64,000 nucleotides of DNA. Origin: an uncultured Thiotrichaceae bacterium. GTDB lineage: Bacteria; Pseudomonadota; Gammaproteobacteria; SZUA-229. The translations under genes were made by a program, and so were the position numbers. Below the pieces are notes generated by a model. That model ran no database searches. It worked only from the letters and a program-made list of their open reading frames with translations, and was not told where the DNA came from. Of this stretch, positions 10,236 through 20,371 are shown in pieces. Numbering within the stretch: the first letter of the stretch is position 1; every line of letters starts with the position of its first letter. Where the stretch lies: positions 387 to 64,386 of the forward strand of contig CAZFUY010000001.1 in assembly GCA_964522445.1 (NCBI GenBank), read 5' to 3'.

Positions 10236-11312
10236 ATGAAAAGAAGAGACTTTATAACAAAAGCAGCGGCAACAGGTTTAGTTGCAGGTGCATCCGTTGT
10301 TGCTGCGCCAGCCGTTCATGCAAAAACTAAAATCAAATGGAAAATGGTGACCACCTGGCCAAAGAATTTTCCGGGCTTAGGTACAGGTGCAAACAACCTG
10401 GCAAAATTAATTACTGATATGTCAGGTGGTCGTTTAAAAGTAAAAGTATATGGTGCAAAAGAATTAGTGCCTGCATTTGAAGTTTTTGATGCGGTGTCAC
10501 GTGGTACAGCTCAAATGGGGCATGGTGCTTCTTATTACTGGAAAGGGAAATCAGAAGCGGCGCAATTTTTTGCGGCAGTGCCTTTTGGTCTGGATGCGCA
10601 GGAAATGAATGCCTGGTTATATTACGGTGGTGGCATGGAATTATGGCAGGAAATTTATAAGCCCTTTGGTATTATTCCAGCAGCGACAGGTAATACAGGT
10701 GTGCAAATGGCAGGCTGGTTTAATCGTGAAATAAAAACGGTTGAAGATTTAAAAGGTTTAAAAATGCGTATACCCGGTCTGGGCGGTGAAGTATTAAAAC
10801 GCGCCGGTGGCACGCCTGTTAGTTTACCTGGAGGTGAGATTTTTACATCACTAAAAACAGGTGCTATTGATGCAACAGAATGGGTAGGCCCGTACAATGA
10901 TCTGGCATTTGGTTTGCATAAAGCAGCGAAATATTATTATTATCCCGGCTGGCATGAGCCAGGTACAACGCTGGAAGCATTAATTAATCAGAAAGCCTTT
11001 GATAAATTACCCAAAGATTTACAAAGCATTGTAATGAATGCCTGTAAGGTTGCTAATCAGGATATGTTGGCAGAATACACAGCACGGAATCAAACAGCTC
11101 TGGATACTTTAGTTAATAAACACAAGGTAGATTTGCGTAAATTGCCTGATGAGGTTTTAAATAAATTAAAAAGCTTATCGGAAGAAGTGGTTGCAGATGT
11201 TGCGGCTAAAGATGCTGCTTCGAAAAAAGTTTATGATTCTTTTAAGAAATTTAGTCAGCAGGTTAAGAACTGGACGGATGTTTCTGAGCTGGCTTATTTG
11301 AAAGTCAGATAA
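10236..11312 (+). CDS. TRAP transporter substrate-binding protein (DctP family) with a Tat-type signal
   Basis: MKRRDFITKAAATGLVAGASVVAAPAVHA twin-arginine signal. DctP-family length and motifs (e.g. ...MAGWFNREI..., ...EWVGPYND...). Confidence 0.8.
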   Translation: MKRRDFITKAAATGLVAGASVVAAPAVHAKTKIKWKMVTTWPKNFPGLGTGANNLAKLITDMSGGRLKVKVYGAKELVPAFEVFDAVSRGTAQMGHGASYYWKGKSEAAQFFAAVPFGLDAQEMNAWLYYGGGMELWQEIYKPFGIIPAATGNTGVQMAGWFNREIKTVEDLKGLKMRIPGLGGEVLKRAGGTPVSLPGGEIFTSLKTGAIDATEWVGPYNDLAFGLHKAAKYYYYPGWHEPGTTLEALINQKAFDKLPKDLQSIVMNACKVANQDMLAEYTARNQTALDTLVNKHKVDLRKLPDEVLNKLKSLSEEVVADVAAKDAASKKVYDSFKKFSQQVKNWTDVSELAYLKVR

Positions 11313-11313
11313 C

Positions 11314-12006
11314 CTATAAGGCATCATTACAGTTAATACTTGTGCCGTATCTACTATTTCTTCCGCCAGGAGGGTCAATGGTTAAATCAGAAACATCGTC
11401 AGATGAAACAGATAAAGTAAAATCATATGTTTCTGCTGATTCAGTGCCAGAAACAGCCGCCGTTGCTGTTAATCTAAGGTTAACCCAGAGTGCTTCTGAG
11501 TTTGGGTATGTAATGACAAAGTAACCAAAGCCAGAGCTATCAGTGGTTAGCTTTCCTGTTCCTGAAATTACCGTTGGTATTTCAGTTGGATGTGGAGTAA
11601 TTGTTGCTGGGTTGGTGGGTTCTAGTAAACCATTAACATTTATATCTTCACCTGTTTCTAATACACCATTGTTATTAGTATCTTCTGCATTACATGTTGT
11701 GCTGTATGTTGGACTCCATTGATCAACTGTGCCATCACTGTCTGAATCAATAGCGTTGTACCGGCCTTTGAAATACTGTAATGGGCGAAGCGTAATAGTT
11801 ACGGCTGTATTGGGTGCTGGATTGCCATCTTTGTCTGTTACCTGCACAACAAAGGGTGCCTGGTACTGAAGTGTGTTTGGTATTAATAAGTTATTTGAAG
11901 TCCCCAGAGTAATTCGTGTAGCATCTTCTCCATCAGAACCACAGCCAATAATAAAAATTGATAGTATGAAAATACATGTTTTAAAACAAAACTTTATTAA
12001 TTTCAT
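11314..12006 (-). CDS. Hypothetical lipoprotein
   Basis: 230 aa. Signal with lipobox FIIGCGSDG. Thr/Asp/Asn-rich, Ig-like/Big-like composition. No catalytic motif. Confidence 0.45.
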   Translation of the reverse strand: MKLIKFCFKTCIFILSIFIIGCGSDGEDATRITLGTSNNLLIPNTLQYQAPFVVQVTDKDGNPAPNTAVTITLRPLQYFKGRYNAIDSDSDGTVDQWSPTYSTTCNAEDTNNNGVLETGEDINVNGLLEPTNPATITPHPTEIPTVISGTGKLTTDSSGFGYFVITYPNSEALWVNLRLTATAAVSGTESAETYDFTLSVSSDDVSDLTIDPPGGRNSRYGTSINCNDAL

Positions 12007-12064
12007 GGCATTAGATTATTTTTTGATAATTTAAGAAATATTAGCAGGAATTTTCAGTATTGTT

Positions 12065-12233
12065 AGTTTAAACCTAGAAAAACCAGTTGGGCGCGAAAAG
12101 GATGTGCAGGTTATTGATTTGGGTAGTGTAATGAAAAAATGTGCTGTCACCTTATTGGTGATAAGCACTTTTTTCATATAGCTAGACAATTCAAGAGCTT
12201 GTGCAGACTTTCGTGATCCAACTGGTTTTTCTA
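12065..12233. repeat. MITE-like element: 23-bp perfect terminal inverted repeats (26 bp with 1 mismatch) flanking about 117 bp, with a nested inner hairpin
   Basis: ttaaacctagaaaaaccagttgg (12068-12090) is the exact reverse complement of ccaactggtttttctaggtttaa (12208-12230). Inner palindrome atgaaaaaatgtgct...agcacttttttcat (12131-12177). Confidence 0.5.
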
Positions 12234-12236
12234 GGT

Positions 12237-13616
12237 TTAATCTGAAATTGTATGAGGCAACCATGTCGCTATCCCTGGCCAATAAGCAATAACCCCCAAA
12301 GCAAAGATCTGAATTAGAATAAAAGGCATTACGCCTTTATAAATATCGGTTGTTTTAATAATGTCGGGTGCAACGCCCCTTAAGTAAAATAGCGCAAAAC
12401 CAAAGGGCGGCGTTAAAAATGAAGTTTGCAGATTAATGGCGATAAGTATGCCCAGCCAGATGGGGTCTATACCCATGGCCAGTAAAATGGGGCCAACAAT
12501 GGGAATAACAACAAAAGTTATTTCAATAAAATCGAGTACAAAGCCTAGCAGGAACATGACTAGCATCACCAGAAAAAGTGCGCCGTAAGTGCCGCCGGGT
12601 AAGTCAGAAAGAAATTCCTGTATTAATTCATCGCCTTCAAAACCGCGGAATACCAGTGAGAAAATTGATGCGCCAATTAAAATCATAAACACCATGCTGC
12701 TTACTCGGGTGGTTCTTTGCATGACATCACGCAGGATATTTAAAGAAAATTGTCTTTGGCTTAGAGCTAAAACTATTGCACCGACTGCGCCCACGGCTGC
12801 CGCTTCAGTGGGTGTTGCCAGGCCGCCAATAATTGAGCCTAAGACGATAAAAATTAATGTGAGTGGTGGTATGAGTTCTTTAAATACCTGTTTTATTAGG
12901 TTAGTTTCATTATTTTGTCTTTCTTCTAATGGTATAGCTGGCATGGATTCAGGTTTTACCATAGCGATAAAAATAAGGTAGCTGATATATAAAGTAACTA
13001 ATAATAATCCGGGGAAAATTGCACCAATAAATAAATCGCCAACGGATAAAGTTTCCGGGCTAAAAATCCCCATATCCAGTTGAGCCTGCTGGTAAGCAGA
13101 AGAAAGCACATCACCCAGTAATACCAGAATAATTGAGGGAGGGATGATTTGCCCCAGTGTGCCAGATGCACAAATAGTGCCGGTGGCAATGCGAGGATCG
13201 TAGCCGCGTTTTAACATGGTTGGTAATGAAAGCAGCCCCATAGTGACAACTGTTGCACCGACTATGCCTGTGCTGGCTGCCAGTAACATGCCAACGATTA
13301 TGACTGAAATACCAATGCCGCCGGGCTTGGGCCCAAATAATAATGCCATGGTATCTAATAGATTTTCTGCAATGCGTGAGCGCTCCAGCATGACACCCAT
13401 AAATACAAATAAGGGTACGGCTACCAGAGTCTGGTTCATCATAATGCCGAACAGTCGATTGGGTAAGGCTTCAAGAAAAGCACTATCGAAAGCCTCGTTA
13501 TAGCTACCAATGCCGGCAAATAATAATGCAGTGCCTGCTAATGTAAAAGCTACCGGAAAGCCGGTAAGTAATAAAACAAAAACAGCAGCAAATAACCATA
13601 AAGCCATGTATTCCAT
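12237..13616 (-). CDS. dctM: TRAP transporter large permease DctM
   Basis: 459 aa polytopic membrane protein. DctM-like N-terminus MEYMALWLFAAVFVLLLTGFPVAFTLAG. Overlaps upstream dctQ by 1 nt. Confidence 0.85.
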   Translation of the reverse strand: MEYMALWLFAAVFVLLLTGFPVAFTLAGTALLFAGIGSYNEAFDSAFLEALPNRLFGIMMNQTLVAVPLFVFMGVMLERSRIAENLLDTMALLFGPKPGGIGISVIIVGMLLAASTGIVGATVVTMGLLSLPTMLKRGYDPRIATGTICASGTLGQIIPPSIILVLLGDVLSSAYQQAQLDMGIFSPETLSVGDLFIGAIFPGLLLVTLYISYLIFIAMVKPESMPAIPLEERQNNETNLIKQVFKELIPPLTLIFIVLGSIIGGLATPTEAAAVGAVGAIVLALSQRQFSLNILRDVMQRTTRVSSMVFMILIGASIFSLVFRGFEGDELIQEFLSDLPGGTYGALFLVMLVMFLLGFVLDFIEITFVVIPIVGPILLAMGIDPIWLGILIAINLQTSFLTPPFGFALFYLRGVAPDIIKTTDIYKGVMPFILIQIFALGVIAYWPGIATWLPHTISD

Positions 13617-14122
13617 TAACTCATTTCCCTGTTTAATATTCTGGAAAGAGCACTCAGGATATGAGCAAAAGCTTGCAGGATGAGCAGTGCAGACATAATA
13701 AGAATAATGGATTTAAGTAAATAAACACCGGGTAAGCCGCCGGCTTCTCGGGATGATTCCATAACTCGCCAGCTATCTATGACATATTGCCAGCTGATCC
13801 AGAAAATAAAAATGACGACAGGTAATAAAATAAACAGGTTACCAGTAAGATCAATCCATGCCTGATTTTTTTTGCTTAGTTTTTCATAAATAATATCAAC
13901 ACGAACATGCTCATTATGTTTAAGTGTGTAGGCTGCACCTATAAGAAACACCAGCGCATGCATATAACTAATGGATTCCTGTAATGCAATCCAGCCAGTA
14001 TCAAATACGTAACGTAAAAAAACCACCAGAAATGTAATTAGCACCATGCCCAGTGTAAGCCATGAAATGGTTCGGCCAGTCCAGTCGATAAACTTTTCTA
14101 TATAGTTAATTATATTTTGCAT
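13616..14122 (-). CDS. dctQ: TRAP transporter small permease DctQ
   Basis: 168 aa with 4 TM helices. Immediately upstream of and coupled to dctM. Confidence 0.75.
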   Translation of the reverse strand: MQNIINYIEKFIDWTGRTISWLTLGMVLITFLVVFLRYVFDTGWIALQESISYMHALVFLIGAAYTLKHNEHVRVDIIYEKLSKKNQAWIDLTGNLFILLPVVIFIFWISWQYVIDSWRVMESSREAGGLPGVYLLKSIILIMSALLILQAFAHILSALSRILNREMS

Positions 14123-14150
14123 AGTGGTGTATTTTAATGGGGTTTAAATT

Positions 14151-14957
14151 TCAGAAAATGACATTAGATAAAATAAATTTATTTATATAAGAAAAATATT
14201 CTTTTTTATCGCTGATGTCATTGTGCCCAGCATTATTTATTTTTAATAATTTAATTTTTTTCTCTCTGGTTTTATATAAATTACTTAGATTGGTGCTAGG
14301 GATTATTTCATCATTATCAGTGGCTATAATTAATATAGGGCAATTAACCCTGTCAATATAATCAATAGTCTTAAACTTATGCTTAAGTAACAGGCTTACA
14401 GGAAATAAATGGAATTGTTTGATGGCTATATTTTCAATGCTATCAAATGGTGTTATTAATATAAGCCCTTTAGATGTTCGCTTGCTGGCAACATAAGTTG
14501 CTACAGATGACCCCAGACTTCTGCCCATGATAATAATATCTTTGGCATTAAGATTGTGTGTTTTTATAATCTGGTCATAGGCCTGCAATGCATTATCAAA
14601 AAGACTGCGTTCTGATGGCTGCCCTGTGCTTTTTCCGTACCCGGGATGATTGGTGAAAAATATATTTTTTGCTGAATATTTATTAGAATCGGGAATGTTA
14701 TAAGTTACGTCCTCTGAGTTTCCACCAAAATAGATAATAGATGTATTATGGTCAAGGTTTTCATTTTTTATATTCCAGCCATGTAAAGTTTCGTTATCTG
14801 TTTTTATAAAATACTCATACTGTTTAACCTGCTCATAAAAACTGTGGTCAGGTTTGGGTGGGTAAAATATAAATCTTGCCTGATAAAAATAAAGTACACA
14901 ACAAATTGATATATAAATTAAAATAATACCTGAGAGTAAATATAAAACCATTTTCAT
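14151..14957 (-). CDS. Alpha/beta-hydrolase fold serine hydrolase, N-terminally membrane anchored
   Basis: GRSLGSS (GxSxG nucleophile elbow). HGWN and later D/H residues. N-terminal TM segment. Confidence 0.7.
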   Translation of the reverse strand: MKMVLYLLSGIILIYISICCVLYFYQARFIFYPPKPDHSFYEQVKQYEYFIKTDNETLHGWNIKNENLDHNTSIIYFGGNSEDVTYNIPDSNKYSAKNIFFTNHPGYGKSTGQPSERSLFDNALQAYDQIIKTHNLNAKDIIIMGRSLGSSVATYVASKRTSKGLILITPFDSIENIAIKQFHLFPVSLLLKHKFKTIDYIDRVNCPILIIATDNDEIIPSTNLSNLYKTREKKIKLLKINNAGHNDISDKKEYFSYINKFILSNVIF

Positions 14958-14960
14958 TTC

Positions 14961-15683
14961 TTATAACTGTAATAAAATTTCTTTTTCTTCAGCAGAAGGT
15001 TCTATGTCTCTACTCTCATAATGGTTAAAAATAGCATCAACCACATCTTTTGGGTCTTCTAAAACAATAAATAAATCCATGTCTTCCTGATTAATCATGC
15101 CCTGTGCAACCAGGGTATTCTGAAACCATGCTAACAAAGGTTCCCAGAAAGATTTATTTACAAGGATAACAGGTATACGTCGTGTTTTTCCTGTTTGTAC
15201 CAGAGTGAGCATTTCAGCCATTTCATCCAGTGTGCCAAAACCCCCGGGGCAAACAACATAGGCTGAGGCATATTTTACAAACATGACCTTGCGTGAAAAA
15301 AAATGTCGGAAGTGTAGTTTTATATCCTGAAAAGAATTAGGCGTTTGCTCTTTGGGAAGCTGGATATTTAAACCGATACTTAATGATTTGCCTTTCTGGC
15401 CACCTTTATTGGCCGCTTCCATAATGCCCGGACCGCCACCGCTGATAATTGAAAAACCAGCATTAGATAATTCCTGGGCAATTTCTTCTGCGATTTTATA
15501 ATAAGCATGATCGGGTTTAGTTCGGGCAGAACCGAAAATACTGACAGAAGGATTAACAGGTGCGAGTCGCTCAAAGCCTTCAACAAATTCAGCCATGATC
15601 TGAAATATTTTCCATGATTCACGATTAAGAGAAGCTTCACTGGTAGGGGAAATTCGTGGGAATTTTGAAGTTTTTTCAGACAT
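14961..15683 (-). CDS. LOG-family (TIGR00730) Rossmann-fold nucleotide-binding protein / cytokinin riboside 5'-monophosphate phosphoribohydrolase-like
   Basis: GGGPGIMEAANKGG and PGGFGTLDEMAEMLT (PGGxGTxxE) signatures. Confidence 0.8.
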   Translation of the reverse strand: MSEKTSKFPRISPTSEASLNRESWKIFQIMAEFVEGFERLAPVNPSVSIFGSARTKPDHAYYKIAEEIAQELSNAGFSIISGGGPGIMEAANKGGQKGKSLSIGLNIQLPKEQTPNSFQDIKLHFRHFFSRKVMFVKYASAYVVCPGGFGTLDEMAEMLTLVQTGKTRRIPVILVNKSFWEPLLAWFQNTLVAQGMINQEDMDLFIVLEDPKDVVDAIFNHYESRDIEPSAEEKEILLQL

Positions 15684-15740
15684 ATTAGTCTCGCATTCGG
15701 TTAATATAGCGCGTTAATTCAGGTTAAAAGAAAATATAGC

Positions 15741-18428
15741 ATGTCATCCAGAAAACTACCCTTAATACTTGTTGATGGTTCTTCTTATCTTTACCGGGCT
15801 TTTCATGCTCTGCCGCCATTAACCAACGCTAGTGGCCAGCCAACAGGCGCTGTGTATGGTGTTATCAATATGTTAAAAAAACTGGTTGAAGAATACCAGC
15901 CAGAGCATATGGCTGTGGTCTTTGATGCAAAGGGTAAAACATTTCGTAATGACCTGTATAAAGAATATAAAGCCAATCGCCCACCTATGCCAGATGATCT
16001 GAGATCACAAATTCAGCCGCTGCATGATCTGGTGGATGCTCTGGGTTATCCCAAACTGGTAGTTGAAGGAGTGGAAGCCGATGATGTTATCGGTACTCTG
16101 GCGCAACAGGCAGAAGCTAAGGGTATGAATGTTCTGATCTCCACGGGCGATAAAGATATGGCTCAGCTGGTGACAGACAAAGTTACTCTGATTAATACCA
16201 TGAATAACAGCCGGATGAATCCTGAAGGTGTCGTGGATAAATTTGGTGTTAAAGCAGAGCAGATTATTGATTATCTGGCGCTGATTGGTGATACCTCTGA
16301 TAACATTCCCGGTGTGCCCAAGGTTGGCCCCAAAACAGCAGTTAAATGGTTAACGCAATATGGCTCTATGGATGAAATTATTAGCCATGCGGATGATATA
16401 AAAGGCAAAGTGGGTGAGAGTCTTCGAGAATGTCTTGAGCAGTTACCCCTGTCTTATAAATTAGCCACGATTGTTTGTGATGTTAAGTTAGATAAGCGGC
16501 CAGATGAGCTTGCTCTGTGTGAACCTGATAAGGAACAGTTAAAGAAAATTTATACTGAGTTAGAATTTAAAAACTGGTTGTCTGAACTGGATGGCAATGC
16601 TGAATCTGTGGTTAAAAAAGTAACCACAGAATATGAAACAGTGCTTAATGAAAAGGCTTTTAAATGCTGGCTAAAAAAATTACAGCAAGCTGATATTTTT
16701 TCATTTGATACAGAAACAACCAGTCTGAATTATATGCAGGCAAGGGTGGTGGGTGTGTCTTTTTCTATTGAAGAAGGCAAAGCCGCTTACGTGCCTTTTG
16801 CTCATGATTATCCTGATGCGCCAGAACAACTAACAGAAGAAATCGTGCTGGGTGGCTTAAAGCCACTGCTTGAAGATGAAAACAAAGCCAAGCTGGGTCA
16901 AAATCTAAAATATGACACTCATGTGTTAGCTAACCATGGTATTAATCTGCGAGGGGTAACACATGACACTTTACTTGAGTCTTATGTTTTAGATTCTACC
17001 AAACGTCATGATATGGATAGTATGGCAACACGGTTTTTAAATTTTGAAACTATTCATTTTGAAGATGTTGCAGGTAAAGGTGCAAAGCAGTTAACTTTTA
17101 ATCAGGTTGATTTAAATGAAGCGGGTCCTTATGCGGCTGAAGATGCAGATATTACTCTGCGCTTACATAATAAAATCTATCCGCAGTTAGAACAGGATGA
17201 AAATTTAAAAATAGTTTATGAAGCAATTGAAATGCCATTAATGCCAGTGATTCAAAATATTGAACATAATGGTGTAAAAGTGGATATGGATATGCTGGCG
17301 AAACAAAGTCGTGAACTTGCAGAACGCTTAGTTGAAATAGAAAAGCAGACTTTTGACGAGGCGGGAGAAAGTTTTAATTTGTCATCGCCAAAACAGATAC
17401 AGGCCATATTTTTTGAAAAATTGGGGTTGCCTGTTATTCGAAAGACACCCAAAGGGCAGCCATCAACAGCAGAAGATGTGTTGCAGGAACTGGCGCAGGA
17501 TTATCCATTACCCAAATTAATCTTAGAGCATCGTAGTTTAAATAAACTTAAATCTACATACACTGATAAATTACCAAAACAGGTTAATCCTGAAACAGGT
17601 CGTGTACATACATCCTACCATCAGGCGGTTACGGCTACAGGGCGGTTATCTTCTTCTGATCCTAATTTACAAAATATTCCCGTGCGCTCAGAAGAAGGCC
17701 GAAAAATTCGTCAGGCTTTTGTTGCGGAAAAAAATTATAAATTACTGGCAGCTGATTACTCACAGATTGAATTAAGAATTATGGCGCATTTATCATCGGA
17801 TGAAAGTTTATTAAGTGCCTTTGCACAAGGAAAAGATATACACAAAGCAACAGCCGCCGAAGTATTTAATTTATCACTCGATGAAGTAAAAAGTGAACAG
17901 CGCCGAGCAGCAAAAGCAATTAATTTTGGCTTAATTTATGGTATGTCCGCATTTGGTCTGGCTAAACAATTAGATATTACGCGTTATGACGCGCAAAATT
18001 ATATTGATTTATATTTTGAACGCTACCCCGGCGTAAAATTATATATGGATGTCACAAAAGAAATTGCGCATGACAAAGGTTATGTCGAAACATTATTTGG
18101 CCGTCGTTTATATTTGCCAGAAATAAATTCACGGAATGGTATGCGAAGACAATATGCAGAACGTACAGCAATTAATGCGCCTATGCAGGGAACTGCTGCG
18201 GATATAATTAAAATGGCAATGATTAATTTGCATGAGGTTTTATTAAATTCAGAAATAGACGCGTGTATGGTTATGCAGGTGCATGATGAACTGGTTTTTG
18301 AAGTTGCAGAAAAAGATGTTCAGTCACTTACAGAGTTGGTGCGCAAAGAAATGGAATCGGCGGCTGAATTAGATGTGCCGCTGCTGGTTGATATTGGTGT
18401 TGGTGATAACTGGGATGAAGCGCATTAG
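15741..18428 (+). CDS. polA: DNA polymerase I
   Basis: 895 aa. 5'-3' exonuclease N-terminus ([16 protein letters not shown]), 3'-5' exonuclease motif (FDTETTSL), polymerase motifs ([23 protein letters not shown]). Confidence 0.95.
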   Translation: MSSRKLPLILVDGSSYLYRAFHALPPLTNASGQPTGAVYGVINMLKKLVEEYQPEHMAVVFDAKGKTFRNDLYKEYKANRPPMPDDLRSQIQPLHDLVDALGYPKLVVEGVEADDVIGTLAQQAEAKGMNVLISTGDKDMAQLVTDKVTLINTMNNSRMNPEGVVDKFGVKAEQIIDYLALIGDTSDNIPGVPKVGPKTAVKWLTQYGSMDEIISHADDIKGKVGESLRECLEQLPLSYKLATIVCDVKLDKRPDELALCEPDKEQLKKIYTELEFKNWLSELDGNAESVVKKVTTEYETVLNEKAFKCWLKKLQQADIFSFDTETTSLNYMQARVVGVSFSIEEGKAAYVPFAHDYPDAPEQLTEEIVLGGLKPLLEDENKAKLGQNLKYDTHVLANHGINLRGVTHDTLLESYVLDSTKRHDMDSMATRFLNFETIHFEDVAGKGAKQLTFNQVDLNEAGPYAAEDADITLRLHNKIYPQLEQDENLKIVYEAIEMPLMPVIQNIEHNGVKVDMDMLAKQSRELAERLVEIEKQTFDEAGESFNLSSPKQIQAIFFEKLGLPVIRKTPKGQPSTAEDVLQELAQDYPLPKLILEHRSLNKLKSTYTDKLPKQVNPETGRVHTSYHQAVTATGRLSSSDPNLQNIPVRSEEGRKIRQAFVAEKNYKLLAADYSQIELRIMAHLSSDESLLSAFAQGKDIHKATAAEVFNLSLDEVKSEQRRAAKAINFGLIYGMSAFGLAKQLDITRYDAQNYIDLYFERYPGVKLYMDVTKEIAHDKGYVETLFGRRLYLPEINSRNGMRRQYAERTAINAPMQGTAADIIKMAMINLHEVLLNSEIDACMVMQVHDELVFEVAEKDVQSLTELVRKEMESAAELDVPLLVDIGVGDNWDEAH

Positions 18429-18584
18429 ACATTAGTTATGTGATTTAACATGATTTTGTTTGTCATCCCTCAGCTGCGCTCGGGATGACAAACAAAAAAA
18501 CAGGCAATGCTTTAATTAATGATCAAAAACCCCGTTTGTCCGAAGCCTTAAGTAAAGCTCTACCACTCATCGGTTATGTTTTGA

Positions 18585-18760
18585 CTTCCCTCTGATATGA
18601 ACTTTAATTACTTTACGAAAGAGTTACTTTTTGCAGTAAGAATTGCGCTAAAGCCCGGCGCAAACCCGCTTGCCTCCCTGAGCGGGTAATTTGAGGTTAG
18701 CCTCCCCAAGCTGGCCTCTGGTTAACCCCGGTTCTCGCTAGAGAGCCGGGGATTTTTTTG
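18585..18760 (+). ncRNA. Candidate small RNA in the polA-engB intergenic region, at the Spot 42 (spf) syntenic position but not sequence-similar to it; ends at an intrinsic terminator
   Basis: 411-bp intergenic region. Possible -35 TTGACT at 18585-18590. Internal stem-loops (cccgcttgcctccctgagcggg). Canonical terminator ccccggttctcgctagagagccgggg + TTTTTTT at 18725-18760. In E. coli spf lies between polA and yihA/engB. Confidence 0.3.
18725..18760 (+). terminator. Rho-independent terminator (11-bp GC-rich stem, U7 tail)
   Basis: aaccccggttctcgctagagagccggggattttttt. Confidence 0.6.
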
Positions 18761-18839
18761 CTTAATGAAGCAGATAAAAAATTTAAAACAGCAAATTTCT
18801 ATTTCCAGGGGTGTCGTCAAATTTGATCCCTGATGCTAA

Positions 18840-19460
18840 TTAATTATCTTCAGGCTTATCCAGTTGATACCATTCATTAAGCCTGGTCTGTAATTCCTCC
18901 AGACCTGTACCTTTAAGAGCCGAAAACATCTGTACACTGGCTGTGAGTCCTTCTGCTTTCAGTATTTTTTTTACATTAGCCAAAGACTGCATGGCAGGCC
19001 CTCTTTTTAGCTTATCAGCCTTGGTGAGTAGAATATGAGCTGGGGTAGAAAAGTGCTGACACCAGTCCAGCATTTGAAGGTCATAGTCTTTTAATGGATG
19101 ACGGATATCCATAATAATCACCAGTCCATAAAGGTTGTCTCGCTTACTAAGGTAGTTTTCCATTAGTTTTTGCCAGTCACGACGTATTTTTTCTGGAACT
19201 TTTGCGTAGCCGTAGCCCGGCAGGTCTACAAGGTAACGTTGATCATCCAGGGTAAAAAAATTAATTAGCTGGGTACGCCCTGGTGTTTTGCTGGTGCGTG
19301 CTAAATTCTTGATCTGGCATAAAGTATTGATGGCGCTAGATTTTCCAGCATTAGAGCGGCCTGCAAAAGCTACTTCAATCGCTTCAATTTCAGGAAACTG
19401 CTTGCTCTGGCTGGCGCTGGTAAGGAATTTTGCTTTTCGGTAATAGTTTTTCATATGCAA
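18840..19460 (-). CDS. engB: Ribosome biogenesis GTP-binding protein EngB/YihA
   Basis: FAGRSNAGKSSAINTL G1 motif, DLPGYGYA G3 motif. 206 aa. Confidence 0.9.
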   Translation of the reverse strand: MHMKNYYRKAKFLTSASQSKQFPEIEAIEVAFAGRSNAGKSSAINTLCQIKNLARTSKTPGRTQLINFFTLDDQRYLVDLPGYGYAKVPEKIRRDWQKLMENYLSKRDNLYGLVIIMDIRHPLKDYDLQMLDWCQHFSTPAHILLTKADKLKRGPAMQSLANVKKILKAEGLTASVQMFSALKGTGLEELQTRLNEWYQLDKPEDN

Positions 19461-19613
19461 TAAGTAATAAAAAGTGGGCGAATATTACTCTGAATCAAAC
19501 TTTTCAGCCATTAGTAAGCTCACTAAATTGCTGAAAAGCCCTATCTGGTGTAGACTTGCGCCACTTTTTTGGCCACATGACTGGTCGAGTATTTGGTTCG
19601 GAGAATACAAACA

Positions 19614-20219
19614 ATGAAATTTAAGTATCTTTTTGCAGTGTTTAGCCTGTTTTTAGGTGTAAATGCAACAGCAGTTGCCGGTGATGCAGCGGCAGGTGAA
19701 GGCAAGTCTGCTATGTGTGCAGCATGTCATATGGCTGATGGTAACAGTGTCGTGGCACAGTTTCCTAAATTAGCAGGTCAGCATGAGCAATATATCGTTA
19801 AGCAATTGACTGAATTTAAAACTATGAAGCGTAAAAATGACACGATGCTGGGCATGTCTGCTGCATTAAGTGATGTAGATATGGCAGATATTGGTGCATT
19901 CTTTGCGAGCAAAAAAGCGACACCAACAGTAGCTGATGAGAGTAAGTTAGCATTAGGGCGGGATATATATCGTGGCGGTAATGTGAGCACAGGTATACCA
20001 GCATGTATGGGATGCCATGGGCCTTCAGGTGCGGGTAATCCAACAGCCAAATACCCTGCATTGCAGGGGCAGCATGCGGCTTATACGATTGCACAGCTTA
20101 ATGCTTTTCGTGATGCTTCACGTGCAAATGATCCTGGAAATATGATGCGCAATGTTGCAGCTCGTATGAGCACGGCCGAAATAGAAGCTGTAGCAAATTA
20201 TATAGCATCAATGAAATAG
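19614..20219 (+). CDS. cc4: Cytochrome c4 (diheme, class I)
   Basis: Two CxxCH motifs (CAACHMADG, CMGCHGPSG) in two c-type domains. Signal peptide from the internal Met (MKFKYLF) with GGAG RBS. engB-cc4-dsbA synteny as in pseudomonads. Confidence 0.85.
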   Translation: MKFKYLFAVFSLFLGVNATAVAGDAAAGEGKSAMCAACHMADGNSVVAQFPKLAGQHEQYIVKQLTEFKTMKRKNDTMLGMSAALSDVDMADIGAFFASKKATPTVADESKLALGRDIYRGGNVSTGIPACMGCHGPSGAGNPTAKYPALQGQHAAYTIAQLNAFRDASRANDPGNMMRNVAARMSTAEIEAVANYIASMK

Positions 20220-20246
20220 CAGTTATTCAGGACTGCTTAAGAGAGG

Positions 20247-20275
20247 GGGCGTTTATCGCTCCCTTTTTATTGCCT
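20247..20275 (+). terminator. Rho-independent terminator after cc4
   Basis: gagggggcgtttatcgctccctttttatt. Confidence 0.5.
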
Positions 20276-20371
20276 GTTTTTTAATAACGTAGCATAATCC
20301 TAGAAAAATCAATGAAATTATATGGCCGATAAGCGGTCTACTTAAAGATGTATTCAATGGGGATAAAAATA

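Noticed and set aside
12031-12282. 83-aa ORF on the minus strand spanning the MITE-like inverted repeats
   Set aside because: It lies entirely within palindromic repeat sequence, with no RBS and odd composition. It is better explained as a non-coding structured element.
18455-18496. Hairpin immediately after polA as its intrinsic terminator
   Set aside because: The stem (ttgtttgtcatccc...gggatgacaaacaa) is followed by an A-run, not a U-run, on the + strand. A canonical terminator occurs only at 18725-18760.
19778-20094. Two 90-aa antisense ORFs inside cytochrome c4, and the many other 60-130-aa ORFs listed antisense to or embedded in long genes (e.g. 401-583, 7009-7200, 12589-12981, 26107-26319, 55087-55353)
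   Set aside because: They are fully contained in strongly supported genes on the other strand or frame and lack RBS or motifs. Treated as spurious.
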